Notes: generated from the letters alone by a model not told the origin. 63,022 nt of DNA from a virus (IMGVR_UViG_3300027857_000019:1-63022); one strand, 5' to 3'; counted from the stretch's first letter, positions 28,901-37,860 are shown. A program made the numbers and translations.

Positions 28901-29911
28901 TTGTCATCCGAGGTTCGCCTGATACCGTTAGGGCATTGGCGCAAGCATTCAATCCGCTGGATCTTCGACGAATACCCCGACTTCGCCGGATTGATTACTC
29001 CTTGGGATGACGGAGGGCATCGTGGCGCTAAATATCTCCGCGGCGCGCTTCTAAAAATCGATACGGCCGGCAATAGCGTGTCGCTTGATCTCCAGACGGA
29101 CGGCGGGGAAAGCGGCCAATCCTTTTCACTTTCCACAAATGCGCAGTTTGAAATAGCGGTAGCGTTCAATCCGCCGATAGTGGCGCACCTGATGCGCTGG
29201 TTGCCCAACTCGCAACTGCGCTATTGGAGCACGGAATGGATCTTTGATCCTTACCCAGAACTCGCGGCCATATTCAGCCCGATCATGACGCTGGGCAATG
29301 TTGGCGCAAAGTTCTTTCAAGGGGTTCGACTGACGGCCGACACTCAAAACGCTCTTGTCGCTTTCCAGATTGTTTTCGATGGAGGGCAACTCGGCCCACT
29401 CCTACCCGCCACACGGTTTAACGGCAAGACGACTATTCCATTCTCCTTCGTTACGCCCTTCATTGCGCACGATATTCAAATCATTCCGCAAGGCGCGGCG
29501 CGGATCTTTGTGCCAGAGACGGAGTGGGTTTGGGAACCCGTGCCGGAATTGGCATCGAACTGGATAACGCAGGCGACCGACCATGATTTCCCAGGCTTCA
29601 GCTTCTTGCGAGATGGCTGGATTGGATATCAGTCAGCACCGACAGCGACAGCGGCAGAAGTTCTCTCCATCACGACGGAGTACGGAGTCTCGACCTACAA
29701 CCTGCCTCCATCAGCAACCTACGTGCGCCCGTATCAGGTGCTCGCTCCTCAAAAGTCGCGCTGGAAGCAGTACAGCGTGACATCGGCTAAGGGCGTGCGG
29801 TTGTTCGTGAAGGATACAAACCTGCGCATCAAGCCGTGGGGATCACCTGGACCATTCGTTGGCGCTGCACCTTTTGGAGACTTCTCTCGCATTATCGGAG
29901 CACGGATTTAA
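25982..29911 (+). CDS. Tail nozzle (tubular protein B/P22 gp10-like) with C-terminal repeated domains
   Basis: GMNL...NV...GELVSRPG N-terminus; LYWTN..DP; GARGLAAPWA...IYFVAKDGIY propeller motifs. Confidence 0.7.
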   Translation: MPAYSRKYSKFFCKGMNLNRSLDAIGDGEFGWLYNVRQYRAGELVSRPGLALTSNSFGATGPTDYLHSGYTLNDTNPDSSGGTRRFVGYNTTLWWGDQLISGSTFTQIDSGFSGNPLSMVAFSPKENPTPFLYVGDSNQSRKYSSSYLSAGIPTVYTIGIPQSFVDNAGPVLNCVSPIPTFSAGSITGTGYQWRWVLRHLVTGSTSAPGAPTYTPQSLTNQQASFPDPNTALSTEYIWDLYRFGGTLQAWAFVGSVVNSSGGTVTDNFTDLQLDSAQTLDVQPGDVLFQPFLVRDVPRSGTAGSVNAAQATVPGALGGHGSQVNSAAQFNPNWIHGTTITVNDIECTISAIVSSSILFVDQDLGNLGAVGWKVDGALEAGAPLPYMWGPYGAGQFGLYMFGCGDPRNPGTLYWTNGNDPDTTSPTNSLELCSPSEILQNGCIWNGRCYVWSNERMWEVTPDLINAGQFIAQVIPGARGLAAPWAFCVGDLIYFVAKDGIYESGGGLPKNISDAQMYQLFGHDSLNGEIVAIPDPEGAPGAQLLLYTPDPNNQKTWRLTWYDGVLYFDYVEFTTGLSRTLVRDSHIMNGWIIDYYPASLNVGYVYRFGEEASHDVLVGVGSSLGHFFGNSDFGQPIECAVMTGADLLGDYRAPKLIGDAVVGGLTNNTNVTARLLGSLNTIQLGSGTLNTPAYGQLIIDVGNGLGQLDRTAGLWFHWSSTVEITVSDWEPSYVLKPETIQKRATDWTDDGLAGSKFLKAVVIEANVSALPLIQDLVVDNVNPLKVSSGLHTFVAGDVGSILQVVGGAGFTQGTYSIQSIVGSSAILDHSPGALNAAGGFYILSGNRTVQVQYDGGSVAATITLAAPGQTELPYSIVPPVVCREMRLVPTDAKTCEIFNVRYVWDQYPEYLDINEDFYLDKWPTNKYIRGVAIEGDTQGSTVQAQVQADGGTVISTLPLVQSGKTLSLFAFGTPFLSSEVRLIPLGHWRKHSIRWIFDEYPDFAGLITPWDDGGHRGAKYLRGALLKIDTAGNSVSLDLQTDGGESGQSFSLSTNAQFEIAVAFNPPIVAHLMRWLPNSQLRYWSTEWIFDPYPELAAIFSPIMTLGNVGAKFFQGVRLTADTQNALVAFQIVFDGGQLGPLLPATRFNGKTTIPFSFVTPFIAHDIQIIPQGAARIFVPETEWVWEPVPELASNWITQATDHDFPGFSFLRDGWIGYQSAPTATAAEVLSITTEYGVSTYNLPPSATYVRPYQVLAPQKSRWKQYSVTSAKGVRLFVKDTNLRIKPWGSPGPFVGAAPFGDFSRIIGARI

Positions 29912-30810
29912 TGGCGAAGCAGGGACTTCCTCAGCGTGCAGCGCCTAAATTAGTTGACACTTCCATACAGACACTCCAACGCGCTTTCGATCAGGCATTC
30001 AGCAATATCTACCAACTGCAGTCCAGCATCCGAAGCGTCACAGCGCCAACGTCGGTCTCTCCCGGTTTGTCCGGCACTCACTCGGAGCGCATAACCGACT
30101 TTCCGCCTGGCAACTACGCGGCTGGCACGCAGTTCTTTGAGACCGACCGGAACTTGCTATATGTCGTGGTAACGATTGCATCCGCTGGAGGGCCGGTAAA
30201 TCAATGGCTGTACGCTTCGGGGATCTACCAGCGCCTCCAAAATCAATTAGCTTCGCTCAAGCCAACTCTGACGGCTTATGATAACGGATTGCTGGCCGAG
30301 GTCACAGATTACCGGCATATTCTGCGCTGGACAAGTCCAAGTTGGGGTTGGGGGCCTGGAGATGATGGACGGGCTGGCGAGGGGCCAATCATGCGCGAGG
30401 TTGACCCGAACCCCACGACTGGTTGGCACCTCTATGACGGTTCAACCGTTGCCTACCTGAACGCCGATGGGACGACGACGAACGTAACTTTGCCGGATCT
30501 GACGAGCGTAGCTGCCAATGCGTCCTATCTTAAGGCTGGCAGCCCAAACAGTGGCCCGAATGCCGCTACCCCCCCGACAACGGCAGCGGGCGGCTCAACC
30601 AACGCGGCGGCCACTGGAATATCAGACACCCAACCTCTAACCGGATCAGTGAGCGTTACACCGGCCGCTGGTTCATCAGTCGCCGTCAATCCGCATACTC
30701 ACCCGATCGTTGATCCTCAACATAGTCACACGTTCGGCGCCGGAGCGATCACGATAAATACCGATGGGCAACCCCGAAACTTGGAGCGAAGGCCTTGGTT
30801 TCGCCTCTAA
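29911..30810 (+). CDS. Tail/collar-like virion protein
   Basis: TGWHLYDG, LPDL, HTHPIVDPQHSH motifs resemble tail-collar proteins. Confidence 0.55.
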   Translation: MAKQGLPQRAAPKLVDTSIQTLQRAFDQAFSNIYQLQSSIRSVTAPTSVSPGLSGTHSERITDFPPGNYAAGTQFFETDRNLLYVVVTIASAGGPVNQWLYASGIYQRLQNQLASLKPTLTAYDNGLLAEVTDYRHILRWTSPSWGWGPGDDGRAGEGPIMREVDPNPTTGWHLYDGSTVAYLNADGTTTNVTLPDLTSVAANASYLKAGSPNSGPNAATPPTTAAGGSTNAAATGISDTQPLTGSVSVTPAAGSSVAVNPHTHPIVDPQHSHTFGAGAITINTDGQPRNLERRPWFRL

Positions 30811-30828
30811 AAGGAGTATCATAGCGTC

Positions 30829-31521
30829 ATGGGCGGCTTCACTAATCCTTTGGGCAGTTCGCCGACAGCGGGTCCAGCCGCTCCGCTTGCGCCGCAGCCT
30901 AGTTCTGGCGATTCGCTGGCCGCTTACCTCCAATCACTTACGAATCGCGGGGCTACTACCGGCGGCGACCAGACCCAGGCTGGAGGTCAACTCCTGCAAT
31001 CCGGCGCAGGAACTACCGCGACAGGCTTGAATCAATTCACCGACCCGATCAACTATTGGAAGGCTATACTCGCCGGTGATCCAAATACGACATCGAGCGC
31101 ACTGGCCCCGACTGTGGCAAACGTAAACGCGCAATATGACGCTGCAAACAAGAGTTCTAGTCAGATGATGCCGAGGGGCGGATTTGCTTCGACGGTACGC
31201 GCGAATCTGCCATTTCAGAAGTCGGCACAGGTGAGCAACTCTATTCTCGGACTGCAACCGCAAGCCGCCAGCGCCTTGACAGGCATAGCGAATAATGAGT
31301 CTCAGATCGGACTCGGGCAACAAGGAATCGGCGTGAATGAGCAGGGGGTCGGGCTTCAGCAGTTGCAAGCGGCCTTACAGGCTCTCTTACAGCGGCGGCA
31401 ACAGAATGTCTCGCAGGATATTTCCAATACAGGCTTGCTAACTGGAGGACTCTCAAATCTTACGGGAGACATTCTAGGGAGTGGCCCTATCATGAAATCG
31501 CTAGGATTCCCAACTCCTTAG
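30829..31521 (+). CDS. DNA ejection/pilot-like protein
   Basis: Gly/Gln/Ala-rich; position after the nozzle in podovirus gene order. Confidence 0.55.
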   Translation: MGGFTNPLGSSPTAGPAAPLAPQPSSGDSLAAYLQSLTNRGATTGGDQTQAGGQLLQSGAGTTATGLNQFTDPINYWKAILAGDPNTTSSALAPTVANVNAQYDAANKSSSQMMPRGGFASTVRANLPFQKSAQVSNSILGLQPQAASALTGIANNESQIGLGQQGIGVNEQGVGLQQLQAALQALLQRRQQNVSQDISNTGLLTGGLSNLTGDILGSGPIMKSLGFPTP

Positions 31522-31525
31522 CCCT

Positions 31526-33283
31526 ATGGGAGCCAATGCCTATTTCGCCGAACTCGCGAGGATTAAGTCACAGGAACGTCAAAATAAGTGGCTACAGCAG
31601 ATTGAAAAGTCTCGTCAAGACTGGATGGAAAATCCAGAACTCACGGGAGCCGAACGACAGGCTGCTCATGACAAATGGGTCAAGCAGCTCGACATTGGGC
31701 CAGCGGAGGATCACGAGAAATTCGGCGGTCTCATCGGTGCAATCGGGAAGTTGGTTCATCATCACGGTAAAGCCGTCGATGCCCAGGCCGCGCAGAACGA
31801 CCTAAAGGAAGCGCAAAACCGTGTAGCGCAGACGGCTCCAGGCATGGGAGCGCCTGCCGCAGGCTCGCCAACGCCAGGACAGGCAGTCTTGCCGCCTCCA
31901 GGCAGCGCTATGCCAGCCGTGACGCCTCCACCTGCCCAACCGCCCGCTGAAGTCAGCAAAGGGGTACAAGGGGCTGAGGATGCCGTAGAAGGGGGCACAG
32001 GAGGGCAATCCAGCCCGGTAAACGCCGCCGCAGGAGCAGGAGTGGCCCCGCCAGTCGCTCAAGCGGCTGCGGCCGCTCCAGCGTCGCCCAGCCCTTGGAT
32101 GAGCCTAACGGAGCGCAACCTTGCAACGGAAAGGGCTAAAGCGCAGCAGACCGCCGAGATGGGCTTGGCCGCTAACAAGGCCAAAGTTGAGCAGAATATC
32201 GGCCTTGTCGGGCCTGAAGACTTCGCTAAACTAGACCCATTCCAGCGTGCGCAACTCCGGACTGGCGCGCCGATTCAGCGGGACTATCGGCCTGTCGTGA
32301 GCAAAGGCGGCGAGCGAGCTTTAAGCGAAGGTGAGCGCGCGGTATTCCCAACGGACTTCATGACGGGTGAGCCATTGAAGGAGGGAGACATCGTATCGGC
32401 GGTTATGGTTAATGGGGAACCTCAGGGCTTCTCGCGCATCACGCCGAAGACGGTAGGCGGTCCTACGACGGTAGGGCCGAATGGACAGACAACGGTGAAC
32501 CGGGTGAATCCCTATGCGCCTCCCGGCGCTACGCCTGTGGTGGGGACCATCCCAGCAATGCTCCCCACCACTTCGAGCACGTCATCCACTAAGCCCGTGA
32601 AGATTGGCGAGGACGCTCAAGGTAATGTAACATATGCGGACATGACGAGCAGTTCGTCGGCGACAAAGCAAAAAGTCACGCCGAAAGGCCCGATAAATCT
32701 GACTCCTCCAAGTGGAGCACCGAAGCCAAGCGGGGGCGGAGGGGTTCCGAAGACGAGAACCTTCGAGGGCATAAAATCTGATTCTGCTCTGAAGCGCGAC
32801 ATAGAGAACCAGTACGATGCCAAGGGCGCTGAGGCTATGGCTGAGACCACGCCGGTTATCAAGATGGTCGATAGAGCCATCGCGATGATTAAAGCCGATG
32901 GCGAGAACAGCAATATGCCGTTCACGCGCACGCTTCAGCGCCTTGGCTACAAGTACGGGTTGGCGACCGACGCCTCTAAGCTCATCAACAATTTGGAGCT
33001 GGGCAAGGTGATTGGGGCGGCGCGCGTGTTGAAGGGGGGCTCACGTTCCTATCAAGCGCTTGAGCTTGCGATGCAGCATTTGCCGAACGTTACGACAGGC
33101 TCAAACAAGTTGATGTTGGAACAATTGCAGAATGTGCGCCAGAACCTTACTGACGTGCAGGACGCGGCCAATCAGTTTCACCGCAAGTATCCCGGCAAGA
33201 ATGCGCCGAATACACCACAGACTTTGATACCTCCAGGTGCAGGCCGCATCAAGATTCTGAGCGTGGAGCCGGTTGCACAGTAA
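31526..33283 (+). CDS. Putative internal virion/ejection protein
   Basis: 585 aa, low-complexity, helical C-terminus; syntenic position. Confidence 0.5.
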   Translation: MGANAYFAELARIKSQERQNKWLQQIEKSRQDWMENPELTGAERQAAHDKWVKQLDIGPAEDHEKFGGLIGAIGKLVHHHGKAVDAQAAQNDLKEAQNRVAQTAPGMGAPAAGSPTPGQAVLPPPGSAMPAVTPPPAQPPAEVSKGVQGAEDAVEGGTGGQSSPVNAAAGAGVAPPVAQAAAAAPASPSPWMSLTERNLATERAKAQQTAEMGLAANKAKVEQNIGLVGPEDFAKLDPFQRAQLRTGAPIQRDYRPVVSKGGERALSEGERAVFPTDFMTGEPLKEGDIVSAVMVNGEPQGFSRITPKTVGGPTTVGPNGQTTVNRVNPYAPPGATPVVGTIPAMLPTTSSTSSTKPVKIGEDAQGNVTYADMTSSSSATKQKVTPKGPINLTPPSGAPKPSGGGGVPKTRTFEGIKSDSALKRDIENQYDAKGAEAMAETTPVIKMVDRAIAMIKADGENSNMPFTRTLQRLGYKYGLATDASKLINNLELGKVIGAARVLKGGSRSYQALELAMQHLPNVTTGSNKLMLEQLQNVRQNLTDVQDAANQFHRKYPGKNAPNTPQTLIPPGAGRIKILSVEPVAQ

Positions 33284-34584
33284 TGGCCGTCAAGCGCATC
33301 ACGGCGGAAGTAGACGGCAAGCAGATGGTGGTAACTGCCGACATCCCCGATGATGCCACGCCAGAGGAAATCGAGCAGGCAGTCAGTGGGGCACACCAGA
33401 GTGTACAGCCTCCTCCTCCCGGTGCAGCACAGGGCAAGTTCCAGTATCCTCCAGGAGTGCAAGCCGAACTCGCGCATTCGACTGTTGCGCCAACGCGCTG
33501 GGATATTGCCAAGCAAGCGCTGACTGGGGCTGGAAAATACCTACTCGATCCTAATGGGATCTCGCACGGCAATGGTCTCCGGCAAATCATCGCAGATCGG
33601 GACGACCCGGCTACTGGAGTCAAGAAAGGCGACATCATGCTAGGGATGGGCGGGGATCATGGCCCTCTCGCCTATAGCACTCCTGCGGAGGAAGGCGGGG
33701 GGATGCTTGCAGGCATTCCCGGCGCAGTACAGATGGGTCTGAGTATAGGCGCTCCACTCAGTAGGGCTCTTTCACGACTCAAGCCTTCAGCTTCTCCGAG
33801 CGGTCAAGGGTCATGGTTGGCGAACAAGGCTATGGAATTCGGCGCAAGACGCGTTCCCTTCGGCAGGGACCTCTTGGATGCCTACCGGAAATCCGCAGGA
33901 ATTGCGTTGCCCGAAAGCCCTAGCCCTACGTGGAGTCCGGGGCAGCCGACTGGCATTCCAGGGCAAATTGAATTACCGCCTCCGCCAATACGCCCCTCTA
34001 CCCAAAGAGCACCTGGACCTTTGCCGACTCCCGAACCGATACCCGTTCGACCGTCTACCCAGCGTGCGCCGGGACCGATTGCGCCGCCTCCAACGGAAGC
34101 GCCGCCAGTCTTTCGTGGCTCAACGAATCGCGCTATTAGCCTCGCTCCGCCTGAGGAAGCCGCCACTTCCGCGAGTGCTGCGCCGGGAACCCCGAAAGCG
34201 TGGCGCGGCGGTAACGTGCCTGAGGATCAGTTCGCAGAGATCAAAGCGCGCATGGAGCGCAATGTTGCAGAAGGAGCGCAGCCGAAGCAGCCCATCGAAT
34301 TGAAGCCTCCCGGCGAGAAGCCTCAACCGCCAGTCGCTCGAAGCCTCGAAGACCCACGTACCGTCCTGGAGCCGGTCTCCGAGAACAAGGACACCGTTCT
34401 CGCCCAGCGCTTCATGAAGATGGGCATGACGCCGGAACAGGTCGAGGCCCTCTCAGACGCGGAGACGAACCGGCACTCGATTGAGGCTGGTTTCAGCAAG
34501 TTCTACGGCAAGCATCTGAGTCGGACGCCTGCGGAGGGTAGGGCCTACATCGCGAACCGGATGCGCGAGCTCTCTAAACCTTGA
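33283..34584 (+). CDS. Putative internal virion/ejection protein, Pro-rich
   Basis: N-terminal VDGKQMVVTADIPDDATPEEIEQA; internal RPSTQRAPGP repeats. Confidence 0.5.
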   Translation: MAVKRITAEVDGKQMVVTADIPDDATPEEIEQAVSGAHQSVQPPPPGAAQGKFQYPPGVQAELAHSTVAPTRWDIAKQALTGAGKYLLDPNGISHGNGLRQIIADRDDPATGVKKGDIMLGMGGDHGPLAYSTPAEEGGGMLAGIPGAVQMGLSIGAPLSRALSRLKPSASPSGQGSWLANKAMEFGARRVPFGRDLLDAYRKSAGIALPESPSPTWSPGQPTGIPGQIELPPPPIRPSTQRAPGPLPTPEPIPVRPSTQRAPGPIAPPPTEAPPVFRGSTNRAISLAPPEEAATSASAAPGTPKAWRGGNVPEDQFAEIKARMERNVAEGAQPKQPIELKPPGEKPQPPVARSLEDPRTVLEPVSENKDTVLAQRFMKMGMTPEQVEALSDAETNRHSIEAGFSKFYGKHLSRTPAEGRAYIANRMRELSKP

Positions 34585-34777
34585 TGCCCTTGTACGTGCC
34601 GTTAATCCGCGCGTGGAAGTACTTGCCGACCGAGTGCGCCTTCAGCAGATTGTTGTAGTGAAACTCAGGCACGCCAGGATAGCGGTAGCGCTTGCCATTC
34701 TCGAAGACGATGCTCAACTCGTGGGACTCTTTATCGTACTCGGCGGATTTGATGTGGGAGGATTTTAGGTCAGGCAC
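34574..34777 (-). CDS. KTSC domain protein
   Basis: SSHIKSAEYD...LSIVFENGKRYRYPGVP...LLKAHSVGKYFH. Confidence 0.9.
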   Translation of the reverse strand: MPDLKSSHIKSAEYDKESHELSIVFENGKRYRYPGVPEFHYNNLLKAHSVGKYFHARINGTYKGIKV

Positions 34778-34940
34778 GGCCCTTCGCCATCGTTGGAAGT
34801 GCGGAGCGCTTCGTGGAAGCAAAGTCGTGCAACTGCCCCTTGCTCATCTTCAGCAAGCCCTTGTTCTTCGCATAGAGTTTCCCTGGTGAATGTTCAGCAA
34901 TAGCCATCGCTTCCTGCTGCTTTTTACTTACGGCTGGCAT
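34770..34940 (-). CDS. DUF3008-like small basic protein (56 aa)
   Basis: Manual translation MPAVSKKQQEAMAIA...MSKGQLHDFASTKRSALP. Confidence 0.75.
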   Translation of the reverse strand: MPAVSKKQQEAMAIAEHSPGKLYAKNKGLLKMSKGQLHDFASTKRSALPTMAKGRA

Positions 34941-34949
34941 ATCCGTATT

Positions 34950-36185
34950 CTACCTCATGTGCTGAAGTTCACCTGATGATGGGGCCTTCGTGGATGTGGC
35001 GATATCGTAGGGAATTCCCTCATGCGCCCGATTACGGCATCGCTCCAAGAACTCTGTCGGGAATGCGCTACGCCCCGAATGCTGGAAACTCTCCTGAGGA
35101 GTGGCGCTCCAATTCGAGAGGAAGAAGTTGAGATTCCCCGCGCGCCGGTATTCCTCGCGTGTCGTTTCCCACCAGTAGAGGTTATCCTTGGGCAGGAAAT
35201 ACCGTTGCCAGCGCGTGTACAGGTGCGAGGTCTCCGAGACTTTCTTCGCGTGCAGGATGGACTGCTCGGCTGGTTCCCAATCGGTCGGCGGATGGCGGCG
35301 GTATTTCTTCGGCTCGGCGTACCAGGGAATAAAGATGTAGGTCCAGCGCGGATGTTTTCCCTTTCTGCAATCTTCGGTGAACTCGTGCCAGAAGTTGCCG
35401 CGGCCGGCCGGCACCGCCTCCATGCCGAACAGCGTGTTGATAGACTGTGGAATCGCAGGCATCAGGTCGAACTGAATCACGCCGGGATACTGCCATTGCG
35501 AGACCTCCGTCAAGTGGCCGATCTCGAATTGCCGCGATATTCCCATTGCGCCCTTTTGCGAGGATTCCTGATAGATGAGGCGGGAATTGTTTGCGAAGGC
35601 TAGATGCTCATCCTTCACGTCGTAGACGATGGCTGGCTTGAGAAATGATGGCAACTCCTGATACATGAACTTGTCGCGGTCGTAGACTTCGCGGATAAGA
35701 TCAGAATTGAGGCTGGCAGCCATACCGCGCGTGTGGTCGTTCAGCACGAGCCGATGGACCGACAGGCAGCGCCAGATCATCGTGAAGCCTATCTGCCGCG
35801 ATTTATTGCAGGCTACTAGGATGCCATCGACGGGCTCTCCACGAGAGCGTTGCTCATGGCATTCTTCCTCTTTCTTGCCGATCTTTTCCATGAGCATCTC
35901 TTGGGGCTCCCAGTAGTTGAGAGGGCCAGCGCCGCCGCCGACCGTTGCATCAATGTTGATGGTCAGATAGCGGTTGGCGCAGTACTGGAAATCCAGCTTG
36001 CAGAGGATTTGCTCGTTGTGAATGAAATCGTGATCTTCGCTCGTAATGGCTTTCTTCTTGGCTAGAAGCGCGTCGATCTCTTTGGCGCGTTCAATACTAA
36101 CGGCTGGCTTGTGGCGCTTTAGCTTGAGCTTGAGGGCCTTCTGGACCTTGTGAGTGTTCTGGTCTACGATGAGCGGGGAGTACAC
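34950..36185 (-). CDS. terL: Terminase large subunit, N-terminal ATPase domain only
   Basis: Q-motif WEPQ, Walker A-like KSRQIGFT, Walker B-like GHLTE, EAVPAGRGNFW, IFIPWY; ends before any nuclease motif. Confidence 0.85.
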   Translation of the reverse strand: MYSPLIVDQNTHKVQKALKLKLKRHKPAVSIERAKEIDALLAKKKAITSEDHDFIHNEQILCKLDFQYCANRYLTINIDATVGGGAGPLNYWEPQEMLMEKIGKKEEECHEQRSRGEPVDGILVACNKSRQIGFTMIWRCLSVHRLVLNDHTRGMAASLNSDLIREVYDRDKFMYQELPSFLKPAIVYDVKDEHLAFANNSRLIYQESSQKGAMGISRQFEIGHLTEVSQWQYPGVIQFDLMPAIPQSINTLFGMEAVPAGRGNFWHEFTEDCRKGKHPRWTYIFIPWYAEPKKYRRHPPTDWEPAEQSILHAKKVSETSHLYTRWQRYFLPKDNLYWWETTREEYRRAGNLNFFLSNWSATPQESFQHSGRSAFPTEFLERCRNRAHEGIPYDIATSTKAPSSGELQHMR

Positions 36186-36491
36186 TCACTCCTCATCCTT
36201 GGTTTCCAGAACCTTTACCGTATCCTCACTGAGCCCCGCCTTCATCAGAGCCTTCTCTTCCGGCGAGAGGATGCCGTACTGCTTTTTCAACTCACGCAGG
36301 AACTCCTGCTCTGGGTCGGTGTAGGTGACATCATCCTCTTCCGCTGGATCGTTGATGCGCTTCTTGGGTTGGGCCACGAGTCCGACAGCATCGCACTCGG
36401 CTTTGTAGAGCGCCGCGAGCAGTTCAAGCGAGTCGGCGATGCGCTCCAGTTGCTTGACAGCAGGCGCGAGGCGGGCGATGGTTACGTCCAT
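36186..36491 (-). CDS. Hypothetical protein
   Basis: 101 aa, abuts the TerL-ATPase start. Confidence 0.65.
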   Translation of the reverse strand: MDVTIARLAPAVKQLERIADSLELLAALYKAECDAVGLVAQPKKRINDPAEEDDVTYTDPEQEFLRELKKQYGILSPEEKALMKAGLSEDTVKVLETKDEE

Positions 36492-36608
36492 TACTTCATC
36501 GACAGCTTGCGCTTCGTCTTGTCGGCGAGGCTCATCGCCATGTTCTTGATCGGCTTCGTCATCTTCGCACCGCCAGCGCCTTCCGCCTGGAACATCTTTG
36601 GACGGCCC

Positions 36609-37250
36609 TTAGTCGGCTGCGGTAGGCTCTGGCTCGCGTTGCGCGAGAGATCCTGTTCCTTCGTCATCGTGTTGCCATTTAGTCCCGGCATTCTCATCGT
36701 CTCCCTCTGAAGCATCAATGATATCAAGAGTGCTATCCAGGATGCGACCGACCTCCGCAGTGGTTCGCTCCACTGAGCCAGTCGGCAGCGTGAAATTCTG
36801 CTGGATAACGGCCTGTGGCCCGCGCTTCCCAGTCAGACCGGAGATCTCCAGCAGGAACCGACGCGACTCTTTATCGCCTGGCAGCATCACGGTTCCATGC
36901 CCTTTACAGCGCGGACATTGAATCGTCGTGCTTCCCTTTCGTGGCTGTCCGGTTCCATCGCAAACTGTGCAGTACGTCTCGATGCTCCTGGCATCGTTCA
37001 CGATATCGCGGAACAGCGGCGGCAATTCTGGGCTGATGAGTGCGACGGCCTCCGCGCAGTGATGGTCTCGCCAAACCTCCAAAAACCTCGCAGCGCCGAT
37101 CTTGTTTTTGTTCAGCAGAACGGAAACAGGCTTGGAGAGCAGGCGCGGGTCGGCGAGGTCTTTCGCGAGCGCGCGGAAAGCTGGCTCATCCTCACGGTCA
37201 ACCGCCGCCCGGACGGATTCAGTGGGTAGGTTCTTGAGGATTGACTTCAT
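36609..37250 (-). CDS. Putative terminase small subunit with inserted DnaJ-type Zn finger
   Basis: Upstream of the TerL ATPase; CTVCDGTG..CPRCKGHG; DKESRRFLLEISG..VIQQNF TerS-like tail. Confidence 0.55.
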   Translation of the reverse strand: MKSILKNLPTESVRAAVDREDEPAFRALAKDLADPRLLSKPVSVLLNKNKIGAARFLEVWRDHHCAEAVALISPELPPLFRDIVNDARSIETYCTVCDGTGQPRKGSTTIQCPRCKGHGTVMLPGDKESRRFLLEISGLTGKRGPQAVIQQNFTLPTGSVERTTAEVGRILDSTLDIIDASEGDDENAGTKWQHDDEGTGSLAQREPEPTAAD

Positions 37251-37489
37251 TGCGGTTCAAAGGCCGCCAACTCCGATCTTAGTTTTGCCTCAGCGGCTTC
37301 ATTTATCGGAGGCGCAGTCATGGGAGGCGCAGTTGTGCTAAGTTCCGCTTGCGCCGCAACGTAGATCTCCCGTCGCGACTTCGCTGCTAGCTTCACCATG
37401 GTCTTGATGTTCGCCTCGGAGAAGTGCGGGCGCCCTTGGGCGATCATCGCGGCAACCAGAATCAGAATCTCGTGCTCAGCAGTATCCAT
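37247..37489 (-). CDS. Hypothetical protein
   Basis: Overlapping start/stop coupling within the leftward block. Confidence 0.5.
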   Translation of the reverse strand: MDTAEHEILILVAAMIAQGRPHFSEANIKTMVKLAAKSRREIYVAAQAELSTTAPPMTAPPINEAAEAKLRSELAAFEPQ

Positions 37490-37779
37490 TATGCACTCAC
37501 CTTCTGAACCATCTTTCCTTCGGTCCAACCTAATCGCTTCAAGAGCCGCTGATTCGCCTCGGCGGTCATAATCATGAGACCACCGTTCGCCAAGGCCACG
37601 CACTGCTGGCCATAACGCTTCGGATCTGGGAACACCGAGACCACGGAATCGACCTTGATCGTGTTCGGTTGCCCATCATCGTCAAGCCATCCGAAATAGG
37701 GACTACCGCCGGAGGGCGTCTCCATCGGGAATGCCGAACGTGCGTAATGTCCGTTTGGCACTGTAATCGCTCTTTCCAT
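37489..37779 (-). CDS. Hypothetical protein, first gene of the leftward packaging block
   Basis: 96 aa, divergent from 37861. Confidence 0.55.
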   Translation of the reverse strand: MERAITVPNGHYARSAFPMETPSGGSPYFGWLDDDGQPNTIKVDSVVSVFPDPKRYGQQCVALANGGLMIMTAEANQRLLKRLGWTEGKMVQKVSA

Positions 37780-37818
37780 TGCCTTTCACTATACACCTGA
37801 TGTCACGAAAAAGCATCG

Positions 37819-37849
37819 TGTAAACTTTGTGTACAGTTTGGAGTATGAT
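37819..37849 (+). promoter_or_regulatory. TGTAAACTTTGTGTACA palindrome plus TATGAT -10 in the divergent promoter region
   Basis: Read directly; same motif at 10117, 13841 and 22220. Confidence 0.6.
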
Positions 37850-37860
37850 AGCGAGATAAG

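Noticed and set aside
30829-34584. Tape measure protein / long tail
   Set aside because: Proteins are short for that role, no tail tube or chaperone genes were recognised, and the order fits podovirus ejection proteins
8012-36185. Split intein, trans-splicing intron or active invertible switch joining the TerL halves
   Set aside because: No intein-type junction or HN end, no group I/II core near either end, only a trivial ATTCCCT match, and no invertase gene
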